A DNA stretch of 58,767 bases from Candidatus Roizmanbacteria bacterium RIFOXYC1_FULL_41_16 (GTDB taxonomy: Bacteria > Patescibacteriota > Microgenomatia > UBA1406). Numbering within the stretch: the first letter of the stretch is position 1; each line of letters starts with the position of its first letter. The translations under genes and the position numbers were made by a program. Shown piece by piece: positions 9,603 through 18,811 of the stretch. Location: positions 212,865 to 271,631 of the forward strand of contig MGBO01000021.1 in NCBI GenBank assembly GCA_001788295.1. The letters are read 5' to 3'. The notes below the pieces were generated by a model that was not told the DNA's origin, made no database searches, and was given only the letters and a program-made list of their open reading frames with translations.

Positions 9603-10383
9603 GGTTTCGTTTTATACTTTTGCTAACAAAACAGATCAACCGCTCTTAAGGGCCATTAAAAATGTTTATAATTCTGTTGACAAATTAGTTGTGGTTCTTA
9701 ATCACAAAAGCCTTGAATATAAGCAGATTAAGGCCTTAGACAAAGAAAATAAAATTGAGATCTATAACCATCGCTTTCGTAATTATTCCCAAATGCGCAA
9801 CTTTGCTCTATCTAAGATTGAAAGCGGCTGGGTTTTGATCTTGGACTCGGATGAGACTTTTTCCGAAACTTTTTTAAAAAAAATCCCTCATCTAGTCAGT
9901 AGTAACGAATATTCAGGATACAAAGTACCAAGAATTCACTTTTACAACACCAAGTATCAAACTTTTGATCCCTTTTTACACCTAAGGTTGTATAAAAAGA
10001 CGCCAGCAATTAAATATGTCGGTCAGGTTCACGAAATGCTGATGAACGTAAAAAAGGTTAAAAAGATTGTTGATCCCAAAATGGCGATTAATCATTACAA
10101 TAGCCTTTCCGTGATGATTAAAAATAATAAAAAATACCATCAAATGCTTTTGGAATACCGGAAAATTGCCAATCAATATAAAGATGAAAATTTAATTAAA
10201 TTATCTGATTTTCTAATCTGGTGTAACCAAAATATTGATAATCCGCTTTTTTTTGTTCATAAGAAAGGGTTGAAAAAAGTCCAGGAAGAGTATCAAATTC
10301 GTTTAAAGCAGATTTTAAGAGGCAGAAAGCATTACCATCGAGATATTATTAAACTTAACCAGCTTTTATCAAACAATGGTTAA
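9577..10383 (+). CDS. Glycosyltransferase family 2
   Basis: RNFAL, WVLILDSDE (DxD), RLYK, GQVHE. Confidence 0.85.
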   Translation: MEKLSKQSKVSFYTFANKTDQPLLRAIKNVYNSVDKLVVVLNHKSLEYKQIKALDKENKIEIYNHRFRNYSQMRNFALSKIESGWVLILDSDETFSETFLKKIPHLVSSNEYSGYKVPRIHFYNTKYQTFDPFLHLRLYKKTPAIKYVGQVHEMLMNVKKVKKIVDPKMAINHYNSLSVMIKNNKKYHQMLLEYRKIANQYKDENLIKLSDFLIWCNQNIDNPLFFVHKKGLKKVQEEYQIRLKQILRGRKHYHRDIIKLNQLLSNNG

Positions 10384-11296
10384 GAATAAGATTGCTCAAA
10401 TACTGAAGGCTAATAATTTCGTACCGATAAGATACCTTCAAGGAGAAGCTGAATATAATTATCTAGGGTTGCCCGGTTATTCAAACCGTTTATTCAATAA
10501 AAAAGAGTCCGTACTGATTGAGGGCAGGTACTTAAACAAACCGGCTGTGCTTAAAATGATTGTTGCCTACAATAACAACGCCCTGCTTTTTAAACGCGAA
10601 CTCTATGCTTATCGGATATTGGCCAAGAAACAATTTTTAATTCGGAAACTTATTCCCAAATACTACTTTCATTCTTTCGATCCTTGTCCCTATGTTATTA
10701 TTGAAAAAGCGAACGGTGAGAAATTTGGTGATTGGTACCAAGTTCAAGATAATGCTTTTGAATTGATCAAACAGTGCCTATCAAGACTAAAAACACTTCA
10801 CCAATCCATTTCCTTACCTAAATACATTGCTTATCCAATTATTAATCGAGAACCGAATATTTTATTTATGAAACTGATTAAACAGCTGGCAATAACCGAT
10901 TATCAAAACAAATTACGGTTGACTGATTATCTTCGGACAAAATTACCCCAGGCGCAAAGCGAGTGGAAAAAAGCGCGTAAGGGATTTAGTTATGGTGATT
11001 TTAGCTTGTCTAATGTGATTGTTAATAAAGGCTCAATTAAGTTCATCGATTGGGAGAATATTGGCAACGCAGTTTTGGGACATGATCATTCGCTTTTGAT
11101 TTTTGCCGCTATCGGTTCTAAGATTGAGAAATCAATTGTTAATTTATGCCAAAATATCGCCAAAGACAATAAGCAACTTGAATTATTGAATTTTTTAGTT
11201 CTCTATCAGGTAGTTAAGAATATTTCTAAATTTAGTCACAAAGACAAAAATAAGTTCCTCAATCTGTCTGGTTTTATTGACAGACAAATAAATTAA
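10376..11296 (+). CDS. Aminoglycoside phosphotransferase / choline kinase-like kinase
   Basis: VLK, RE..AY, YGDFSLSN catalytic loop, FIDWE metal-binding motif. Confidence 0.8.
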   Translation: MVKNKIAQILKANNFVPIRYLQGEAEYNYLGLPGYSNRLFNKKESVLIEGRYLNKPAVLKMIVAYNNNALLFKRELYAYRILAKKQFLIRKLIPKYYFHSFDPCPYVIIEKANGEKFGDWYQVQDNAFELIKQCLSRLKTLHQSISLPKYIAYPIINREPNILFMKLIKQLAITDYQNKLRLTDYLRTKLPQAQSEWKKARKGFSYGDFSLSNVIVNKGSIKFIDWENIGNAVLGHDHSLLIFAAIGSKIEKSIVNLCQNIAKDNKQLELLNFLVLYQVVKNISKFSHKDKNKFLNLSGFIDRQIN

Positions 11297-11308
11297 AATG
11301 GACAAAAT

Positions 11309-12442
11309 ATGAAGGTCGCAATTTTGTCTCGAGGAACACTGCCAATTTCCAAAGATTCGATCAAAGGAACTGAAACCTGGGTTTACAATTTTATACGTAA
11401 ATTTCCAAAAAATAATATAAAGTTGGAGCTATTTTCCTCCGGAGATTCAAAAGTCCGAATTCCTATTCACTCCCTGCACAAAAAAGCTTATTTTAACACT
11501 CCATCAATCAAGAATTTTAACTATCGAATTTTTCGTAATGCTTTAATCAGCCAGGCTTTTATTTACAAACCCAAATTCGATCTTTACCACGACAACACTA
11601 ATTGTGGTGATTTGATAATGTCTTGGGCTCAATTTATTAATCGGCCGATTTTAGTTACCATTCATGGCAATCTATTCAGTCCTCATCTATCAATCTTTTT
11701 TTCAATATATAAACACCTTAACAATGTCTATTTTGTGGCTGTTTCCCAATCGCAAAGAAAAGCCATTCCTTCATTAAATTTTATTCGCACTATTTATCAC
11801 GGAATTGATACCAATCGTTTTGTGTTTTCGGTCAGAGGCGGTCAATCTGGCTTCTGGGCCGGTCGAGGAACACCAGAAAAATCACCGGAATTGGTGGTTA
11901 AATTATTCAATAAAATTAAACAACCTCTTTATTTAGCCATAATTAGAGAAAACGACAAAAGTCAATGGCTCAAAAACAAAGTCTTAAAAAAAATAAAATC
12001 AGACCGAATTAAATATCGATTTCGTTTAAAAAAAAGTATGATGATCAAACGCTATGGCAAATCCAAAGTTTTGGTTATGCCTTACCAATGGGAAGAGCCC
12101 TTTGGCCTGGTGATGATCGAGTCAATGGCCTGTGGCACGCCGGTAGTGGCTTATGCTCGCGGATCGGTCCCGGAGATTATCAAAGACGGCCAGACTGGTT
12201 TTATTGTTAATTCCTCCGAAAAAGACAAACGCGGAGATTGGATTGTCAAAAAAACCGGTATCGAGGGTTTACTTGAGGCGGTTGAAAAAATCTATGCCAT
12301 GCCTGAGGCTGAATATTTAGAAATGCGCCGCAATTGCCGCAAGCACATCGAAAAACATTTTACAATTGAGCGAATGATAAACGACTACGTTGAAACCTAT
12401 AAGGAAGTCGTTGCCGACTATAAGCAAAAGAAACAAAATTAA
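11309..12442 (+). CDS. Glycosyltransferase family 4
   Basis: TIHG, IYHGID, GR..PEK, WEEPFGLVMIESMACGTPVVA. Confidence 0.93.
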   Translation: MKVAILSRGTLPISKDSIKGTETWVYNFIRKFPKNNIKLELFSSGDSKVRIPIHSLHKKAYFNTPSIKNFNYRIFRNALISQAFIYKPKFDLYHDNTNCGDLIMSWAQFINRPILVTIHGNLFSPHLSIFFSIYKHLNNVYFVAVSQSQRKAIPSLNFIRTIYHGIDTNRFVFSVRGGQSGFWAGRGTPEKSPELVVKLFNKIKQPLYLAIIRENDKSQWLKNKVLKKIKSDRIKYRFRLKKSMMIKRYGKSKVLVMPYQWEEPFGLVMIESMACGTPVVAYARGSVPEIIKDGQTGFIVNSSEKDKRGDWIVKKTGIEGLLEAVEKIYAMPEAEYLEMRRNCRKHIEKHFTIERMINDYVETYKEVVADYKQKKQN

Positions 12443-12687
12443 GGCAGTAAAGACTGCAAAATAGCCGTGTTGCCGGTAAAAATCAAATACCCCAAACCAC
12501 TACTTACTGTTAACAACAGCATGACGATAATAATTAATATGGTCGAGGGTTTGGCTGATGGCTCTGTTTGAATTTTGGCTTGGGCTTCTGGCTGGGAAGG
12601 TGGCGACACCGGCGCCTGTTCATGAGCTGGTTCGCCTTTATTGGTTGGTTCAACCGGACAATAGTCTTTTTGTGGGACAACTTCCAT
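12439..12687 (-). CDS. Small protein: Pro-rich N-terminus plus C-terminal TM helix
   Basis: ATG at 12687; single hydrophobic helix. Confidence 0.65.
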   Translation of the reverse strand: MEVVPQKDYCPVEPTNKGEPAHEQAPVSPPSQPEAQAKIQTEPSAKPSTILIIIVMLLLTVSSGLGYLIFTGNTAILQSLLP

Positions 12688-12719
12688 ATTGATAACTTTA
12701 CGGGAAACCCCAAAGAGTG

Positions 12720-13559
12720 TCAAGCCTCAAGTACGATTCCAGCGATTTCGGCAAATCTTTGCACCACTACGGTTTGGAAAAAATCCAAACGTTTGTTTTC
12801 TGCATATTGGTTAAACTCTTGCCATAGCGATCGGCCGGCTAAAAAACCCACAGCGCCATTTCTTATCGCTATTTTCAACTGCTCTCTGAAATTAGCAAAA
12901 GAGTCGCCTTTGGTTAACAAAATCCAAGGGGTTTTTTTTAGAAGTTTGCTGATTTGAAAACAAGCGACCGGATCACCCGGATATTCTAGTTTAAATACGT
13001 CCGGAATAATTCCTGCTTCGAGAAATTGATACACAGAGTCCAGAACTAATTCGGGCTTATGCGAATTATAATTTTCGATTGAATAAGTGACCAGCTCCAA
13101 AAATAAAGGCAGATTAAAACGGCGACAATCTAAAAGCACCTGGCGGGCAATATTTAGCTGATGATCTTTGGTGGGCGCTGAGGGGTGATAATAAAGCAAT
13201 AATTTAATTCCACTGGCGCCTTGATTTTTCAAGTTCTCAACCGAATATTCAAGCTGGGTTTTGCGACTCCCCTGCTCATCTTCATAACCAGTTTTTTCAA
13301 TACACAGAAGATAAGGTTTTTTAATTGCTTTAGACACGGCGACTTTTTCAAACGCCGGCAAACCGCCGATGGAATCGATTAAAATCCCGGAAAACTGATC
13401 ATAAAGGCTGGCAATTATCTCTTTTTTGATATCAATTACCTGCGGCAAAGTAACAGACTCGGGTGAGCTCGGATTAATCAGCTTATTAAAACTGCCCCGA
13501 TGATCCAAAGCCAGCATCAGGATTTTGTTTTTTAGTGTGAAGTCAGAAATACTGGACAT
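12720..13559 (-). CDS. Class I aldolase, tagatose-1,6-bisphosphate aldolase (LacD)-like
   Basis: MLALDHRGS, EKTGY, KLLLYY, FLEL, DVFKLEYPG, GFLAGRSLW. Confidence 0.88.
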   Translation of the reverse strand: MSSISDFTLKNKILMLALDHRGSFNKLINPSSPESVTLPQVIDIKKEIIASLYDQFSGILIDSIGGLPAFEKVAVSKAIKKPYLLCIEKTGYEDEQGSRKTQLEYSVENLKNQGASGIKLLLYYHPSAPTKDHQLNIARQVLLDCRRFNLPLFLELVTYSIENYNSHKPELVLDSVYQFLEAGIIPDVFKLEYPGDPVACFQISKLLKKTPWILLTKGDSFANFREQLKIAIRNGAVGFLAGRSLWQEFNQYAENKRLDFFQTVVVQRFAEIAGIVLEA

Positions 13560-13585
13560 GATTTAAATATAGCAAATACTTATTT

Positions 13586-14428
13586 TTATAAACTCAAATT
13601 GTGCAAAATTTTTAGATTTTCTCTATCCGGCCCCTCGCCTTTTATCCCTGGCACTTCCATAATAAAAGGAATGTTTTTTAATACAGACTGGCTCAAAATG
13701 TTTTGGAAGCCGGCCCTGCCAATTAAACCCTGGCCGATGTTTTCGTGTCTGTCTCTTTTGCTATTAAACTCAGTCTTGGAATCGTTTGCGTGCATACAAA
13801 CCAAATTTTGAATGCCGATCTGTTGATCAAATTGTTTTAACCAGTTGCCAAAAATGGCTTTATCTGCCACATTGACTCCACTGGCCCATAAATGCTGGGT
13901 GTCCAGACAGACCTTAAGTCGAGTTGAATCAACTTGGTTGAACAATTGCGCCAGTTCATCTAAACTGTTCCCGATCACGTTGCCGGCACCGGCGGCCGAC
14001 TCGATAATTAATAACTGGTCTTTTGGGGTCGTTTCTAAAACTTTCTTAATTGCTTGAGCCACTTGATTCTTAACTTCGTCAAAACTTTGTTCTTTGCTAC
14101 TGCCGACATGAAAAATAGTTCCAGTGCAGTTAATTTTGGCTCCAAAATTTAAATATTCCACTAACGATTTAACCGACAAATTTACTAAATATTCTTTGCT
14201 TGAGGCTAGATTAAGGAGATAAATTCCGTGGAAAAACAGTTGCTTTACGACCCTACTGGCTTTCATGGCCTGATTGAAAGCAGTTATTTGATCGTTAGTG
14301 TAGTTTGTAACAGTAAAGGAACGAGGGGAGCTGGCAAAAGTTTGAATCACTTCAAAACCCTCTTTTTCTCCCCGCCCAATTGCCTTTTCTAAACCTCCAG
14401 CAATCGAAACATGACCGCCGAAAATCAT
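13586..14428 (-). CDS. nfo: Endonuclease IV (AP endonuclease)
   Basis: GGHVSIAGG, H..YL.NLAS, FHVGS, CLDTQH, HANDSK, DRHENIG. Confidence 0.95.
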   Translation of the reverse strand: MIFGGHVSIAGGLEKAIGRGEKEGFEVIQTFASSPRSFTVTNYTNDQITAFNQAMKASRVVKQLFFHGIYLLNLASSKEYLVNLSVKSLVEYLNFGAKINCTGTIFHVGSSKEQSFDEVKNQVAQAIKKVLETTPKDQLLIIESAAGAGNVIGNSLDELAQLFNQVDSTRLKVCLDTQHLWASGVNVADKAIFGNWLKQFDQQIGIQNLVCMHANDSKTEFNSKRDRHENIGQGLIGRAGFQNILSQSVLKNIPFIMEVPGIKGEGPDRENLKILHNLSL

Positions 14429-14886
14429 ATTTTGATTTTGGGAAATACTGTTTGTTTAAGTAATGTCAATTCCGCCAAAGTAAAAGGCTGCAATACGTAA
14501 TGCTCGCCGCTGACACGCTTTTCGGGATCGCGATTGTCTACCCCAATCCTGATTCGCCAAAACTCTTTGCTACCCAAAGACTGCTCGACACTTTCCACGC
14601 CGTTATGGAGTTTTGGACCTTTGCCCAATTGAATTTTGTACTCACCCAAACGCAAATCCAAATCGTCGTGGATAACGATCAGGTCAGCTGGTTTTAATTT
14701 ATAAAACTGTAGCTCTTTGACAACGGCCAAACCGGAACGGTTCATAAAAGTGTCTGGCTTAAGCGTTTTGATTTGTTTATCAATCAGGTGATTTTCAACC
14801 AAATAATCAATAAAAAGAAAGCCGACATTGTGACGAGTTAAAGCATATTTGACTCCGGGATTGCCCAATCCCACCACTAGCTTCAT
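14425..14886 (-). CDS. pth: Peptidyl-tRNA hydrolase
   Basis: MKLVVGLGNPG..Y..TRHNVGF, FMN.SG, HDDLD, HNG, RIRIG; start at ATG 14886. Confidence 0.95.
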   Translation of the reverse strand: MKLVVGLGNPGVKYALTRHNVGFLFIDYLVENHLIDKQIKTLKPDTFMNRSGLAVVKELQFYKLKPADLIVIHDDLDLRLGEYKIQLGKGPKLHNGVESVEQSLGSKEFWRIRIGVDNRDPEKRVSGEHYVLQPFTLAELTLLKQTVFPKIKI

Positions 14887-14887
14887 T

Positions 14888-15703
14888 TTACGAGTGTTGT
14901 GAATCTGTAAATACCTGTCCAGGCTCCAGGCGGAACAAGGGCTCATTTAAACGCTTTTGATCCAGGTAATGAGCGACTAAACCCACAGAGCGGGAAAGAA
15001 CAAACAGGCTGTTGAAAAATTCGCTTTTAATTAAAGTGCTGATTTGATCAAGATCAAGTTTTTCCTCAATTGTCAGAACATCCAAAAGCACGGCCGCCAT
15101 GGTGCCGTCGATATTAAGGATAAGATTGGGTTTTTTAGCCAAAGTAATCGACTCGATTTTGAGCGCAAAATCCAAATACGAGTGCTTACTTAAAACCAAG
15201 CCTTTTCGCTTAAGCAATTGCACTCTGGGATCTGGCATTTCCAAACGATATTGGCGATGACCAATGCCCGGAAGATAACGTTTGGTTTTGGCAAAGTTTT
15301 CCACAATCTCACCGGGATTAGAACGATTGTTTACTCCCTCGAACCAGAGTTTTGCCGCGTTGTTAACCGCTCCGCCAAACTTTGGTCCGATCGTTAATAA
15401 ACCTGCCGTCAGTGAACTTACCAGATCTTTACCGGCACGGGCAGTAATTATGGTGTTTACCGCTCCGGACTGGTAAGGACCGTGATCCACTAATAATTTG
15501 AGAATCAGATCAATTAAGGCTTCGGTTTTATTTGACTTAATCTCTTGGCCAAGCAGAAGTCCAAAAGTAATCCGGGCAAAACTTTGGCTTTGCGCCAGCT
15601 TTAATAACGGTTTGCCCAAAATTTGCACTTCTCCATTGACTTCTTGAGAAATAGTCGAGGTAAATTGAGTGTGAACTCGGTTGTTTAAATCAGTTTGGCT
15701 CAT
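14888..15703 (-). CDS. Citryl-CoA lyase module of ATP citrate lyase (citrate-synthase-like domain)
   Basis: FTSTIS, DHGP..SGA.NTI.TARAGKDLVSSL..GLLTIGPKFGGA, PGIGHR, LILNIDG, RS.G...HYLDQKRL. Confidence 0.9.
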   Translation of the reverse strand: MSQTDLNNRVHTQFTSTISQEVNGEVQILGKPLLKLAQSQSFARITFGLLLGQEIKSNKTEALIDLILKLLVDHGPYQSGAVNTIITARAGKDLVSSLTAGLLTIGPKFGGAVNNAAKLWFEGVNNRSNPGEIVENFAKTKRYLPGIGHRQYRLEMPDPRVQLLKRKGLVLSKHSYLDFALKIESITLAKKPNLILNIDGTMAAVLLDVLTIEEKLDLDQISTLIKSEFFNSLFVLSRSVGLVAHYLDQKRLNEPLFRLEPGQVFTDSQHS

Positions 15704-16647
15704 AATTGCTTAGTTAATTTTAACAAATCGCTGAATTTCTCAGTTACCAAAAAACCAGCGGCTTTGAGCGCCTGTCGTTTGGCCGAGGCTTTTTCCAGCT
15801 CGGTTTCGGCTTTGGCTTTGGCGTGTCCAAATTGCGGACTCTGAGCAAATAAATCAGCCACTGTGCCACTGATATGCACCAAAACCGGCTTAGTCAGTTT
15901 GCCTTGCTGTTTCAGTTTAATGAGTTCGTATTCCTCAGTTCCACCCAACTCACCATAATAGATAATGGCAGCAGTTTGCGGGTCGTTTTCTGCCAAAGTA
16001 AAGGCAATGGTAATCTCCGGCTGGGGAAAACGATCACCGCCGGTCGAAAAAGCAAAAGAAAGGTTCTTGCCAGCCTGGCTGACCAGATTAATTAATTCGT
16101 TCGTCATACCGCCAGAGGCAGAAATAATCGCTAACGTCCCCGGCTCAGACAATTTGACATTAATCAACTGCTCTGGCGTAATACCGGCAATCGGACCAAG
16201 TTTTAGCGATCCCGGAACGACCATACCCACACTCGCGGAACCGATTAATAACAGATCGTGTTTTTGAGCCAGATCAGACAAAGCCTGCGCGTGCACCTCA
16301 GGCACGTTTTCGGCAAACAAACTACCACCAACAATATTTTTTACTGACGTGATTAAATCATGACTACTGGTCAGGGTACGCCGGCCGGATAACAGATTAA
16401 GAAACCAAAGATTGCTCTTGGCATCTGGTTGTAATTCTTGCGGTTGAGAAAATAGCGTCAGCAAAATTTCCTGCCGACCCCAAAAATACTTAGCCTTTCC
16501 TCGACCGTTTCCCATAATTCCAATTACGCTTGGTTTTTTTTGGCCGCAAAGATAGTCAAAATCCAAAATTGATTGAATAATGGGCGAATGATTGCCCAAA
16601 ACAATAATTTGGTTGTTAGTATTTCTGATTTGTTTAAGGCTGATCAT
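15700..16647 (-). CDS. ATP citrate lyase alpha-type subunit (CoA-binding + phosphohistidine domains, without the lyase domain)
   Basis: IQSILDFDY, FAENVPE, SASGGMTNEL, GGDRFP, GELGG..E, QFGHA. Confidence 0.9.
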   Translation of the reverse strand: MISLKQIRNTNNQIIVLGNHSPIIQSILDFDYLCGQKKPSVIGIMGNGRGKAKYFWGRQEILLTLFSQPQELQPDAKSNLWFLNLLSGRRTLTSSHDLITSVKNIVGGSLFAENVPEVHAQALSDLAQKHDLLLIGSASVGMVVPGSLKLGPIAGITPEQLINVKLSEPGTLAIISASGGMTNELINLVSQAGKNLSFAFSTGGDRFPQPEITIAFTLAENDPQTAAIIYYGELGGTEEYELIKLKQQGKLTKPVLVHISGTVADLFAQSPQFGHAKAKAETELEKASAKRQALKAAGFLVTEKFSDLLKLTKQL

Positions 16648-17792
16648 TGTTCTTTTCTTAATATCTTCACTGCTAATTTGATTACTTCGGTCAAAACGGC
16701 TGAGGAGTCCAAAACTGTACCATACAAGCCACTGTCTTTGAGAAACCTAGCCATCAGTGCCAAGCCTTGTTTTTGGTTTGGGCCACCACGACGCACAAAC
16801 ACCAAAACATCTTGCTTTTTCAAAGCCTGTTTATTCTCCTCAAGCGCTTTAATCACTCCCTGAAACGTTTTGGCAACATCAGTAAAATTAGCCACTCCAC
16901 CGGCAATAACCAATACTTTTTGGTGACTTTTTGACTTTAGCAAATCAGTTAAAATAACTCTCGTGTATAAATATGTATCCTGCATGGTTGGATTGCCCGA
17001 ATATTCTCCATAATTAGCCAGCTCCTGGCCAAAACCAAAGTCTGCCACTTCGTCTGCCAAAACCAGGCTGGCACCACCGCCTGAAAGTAACATCCAAACA
17101 GAACCATTAGGATTGAGCAAACGGTACTTTAATGAAGCTGGACTGGATTTGTCTAGCTTGGCAATTTGCTCCTCGCTGGAACTTAACTTTATTGGCGAAA
17201 TCGGCTCAATTTGTAGATTACTCACGACCGGAATGTTAAGAGCAGCATCGTCAATTTCCACTGCCAAATCAAGAAGATATATCTGCTCATCTTTAACTAC
17301 AAGCGGATTTATTTCCAGAAAACTAAAGTAATATTTATCAAAAATTGTCTTGAGCTTAGCAACAAGTTTTTTCACAATGGGATCGCTGATCGTACTATTG
17401 ACCTGTTGCCAATGATCTTCAATTTCTACCCCTCCGTGAGGACTGTAAAGAACCTTGATACCATCCCTAACCCGTTCTAAACTCAAATATTGCTCTTGAT
17501 TAGCAGTATGGGGAACAAAAGGCTCGATCAAAAATTGCGAAAATTTTTGCTGGCTTTTGGCTTTCACAAAGCTCCGTAACACCCCCGGGGTGTTCCGGAT
17601 GGAGACAAGGCCTTGTTTGGCTCGTTTTTTAATGCCCTGATCCACTTTCGCAACCAATTCTACAGGGCCAAAAAAAGCCTCAATCGTGGCGGCTGTAATT
17701 CGTGAATCGACCTGTAAACCTTGCCATGGTAAATTAAGCTCTTTGGTGAGAATTTTTTTTGCTTGAAATTCACTGATTCTTACTCTGGCCAT
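16644..17792 (-). CDS. aclB: ATP citrate lyase beta subunit (ATP-grasp + citrate-binding domain)
   Basis: KVDQGIKKR.K.GLV, IEPFVPH, FLEINP, LLSGGGASLV.AD, ANYGEYSGNP, GGVANFTDV..TF.G, VRRGGPN. Confidence 0.92.
   Translation of the reverse strand: MARVRISEFQAKKILTKELNLPWQGLQVDSRITAATIEAFFGPVELVAKVDQGIKKRAKQGLVSIRNTPGVLRSFVKAKSQQKFSQFLIEPFVPHTANQEQYLSLERVRDGIKVLYSPHGGVEIEDHWQQVNSTISDPIVKKLVAKLKTIFDKYYFSFLEINPLVVKDEQIYLLDLAVEIDDAALNIPVVSNLQIEPISPIKLSSSEEQIAKLDKSSPASLKYRLLNPNGSVWMLLSGGGASLVLADEVADFGFGQELANYGEYSGNPTMQDTYLYTRVILTDLLKSKSHQKVLVIAGGVANFTDVAKTFQGVIKALEENKQALKKQDVLVFVRRGGPNQKQGLALMARFLKDSGLYGTVLDSSAVLTEVIKLAVKILRKEQ
17571..17594. repeat. REP-like palindrome family 1, copy inside aclB
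   Basis: GCTCCGTAACACCCCCGGGGTGTT; read as NTPGVLRS. Confidence 0.92.
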
Positions 17793-17797
17793 AATTG

Positions 17798-17871
17798 TGG
17801 CAGGGGCGGAGGGAATCGAACCCCCAACAAAGGTTTTGGAGACCTCTATTATGCCATTTAACTACGCCCCT
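17798..17871 (-). tRNA. tRNA-Trp (CCA)
   Basis: AGGGGCG/CGCCCCT acceptor stem, GAGGT-CTCCAAA-ACCTT anticodon arm, GGGGG-TTCGATT-CCCTC T arm, G73, encoded CCA. Confidence 0.97.
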
Positions 17872-17942
17872 AATAAACTGATTTATCTATTATACAAAAC
17901 CGGGCTTGAAGTTCGCTTTTGGATTTATGTATACTAGAGGCA

Positions 17943-18809
17943 ATGGCCAAATACATACCGGACATCAAAAGCCACCGCTGGGTAATTCTGGCGCCGGGCC
18001 GGCTTGGCAAACCCGCTGCTTCTAATAAAGACTATACTATTAGTACTAAAAATGGCCTCAAAGTCGCTCAAGAGTGCCCGTTTTGCCCGGGCAACGAAGC
18101 CAAGACTCCGCCTGAGATTGATAGTATTAAAAAGGACGAGTTGTGGCTAGTAAGAGCCTTTTCCAATAAATATCCTATAACAGATATTCATGAAGTGATT
18201 ATCCACAGTCCGGATCATTGCCAAGACCTTGAAGATTTTAGCGATGAGCAACTTTTGGCCTTATTTAGGATTTATAAAAAAAGATTGACTACTTTGTCGA
18301 GTCAGGGCGTGCCGATTTTGTTCCGCAATCACGGCGTTACTGCCGGCACCAGTCTTCCCCACCCCCATTCACAGGTAATTGTTTTGCCTCAGCAAATCAA
18401 CCTGGAAAGCCTGTTTTTGGAACCAGTCAAAAACATGGTTCTTGATAATAATCATTTTGTGCTCTACTGCCCGGACTTTTCTCAATATCCATACGAAGTC
18501 TGGATCACTCACAAAGACTGTTCCAAATATGAGTTTGGCGCCTCTGAGCTTTTGGAGATCAAACTAGAACATTTTAACGACGAGGAGTTGTTGGATCTTG
18601 GCCAGCTGGTGCAAAAAACCTTGAAAGGATTGCAGAAAATACTGGGCAAATTCGACTACAACTATTATATCGCGCCCAAACCGCCTTTTTACTTGCGCCT
18701 AATCCCTCGTGTGGTGACCCGTGGCGGCTTTGAATTGGGCACCGGCCTGTCTACCAATGTTCTGGATCCAGCTGTGGCGGCAGAAGAGCTGAAGAAGGTA
18801 ATTAGATAG
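17943..18809 (+). CDS. galT: Galactose-1-phosphate uridylyltransferase-like (GalT/HIT family)
   Basis: WVILAPGR..KP, CPFCPGNE, NKYP, HEVIIHSPDH, AGTSLPHPHSQ, GFELGTG. Confidence 0.85.
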   Translation: MAKYIPDIKSHRWVILAPGRLGKPAASNKDYTISTKNGLKVAQECPFCPGNEAKTPPEIDSIKKDELWLVRAFSNKYPITDIHEVIIHSPDHCQDLEDFSDEQLLALFRIYKKRLTTLSSQGVPILFRNHGVTAGTSLPHPHSQVIVLPQQINLESLFLEPVKNMVLDNNHFVLYCPDFSQYPYEVWITHKDCSKYEFGASELLEIKLEHFNDEELLDLGQLVQKTLKGLQKILGKFDYNYYIAPKPPFYLRLIPRVVTRGGFELGTGLSTNVLDPAVAAEELKKVIR

Positions 18810-18811
18810 TT

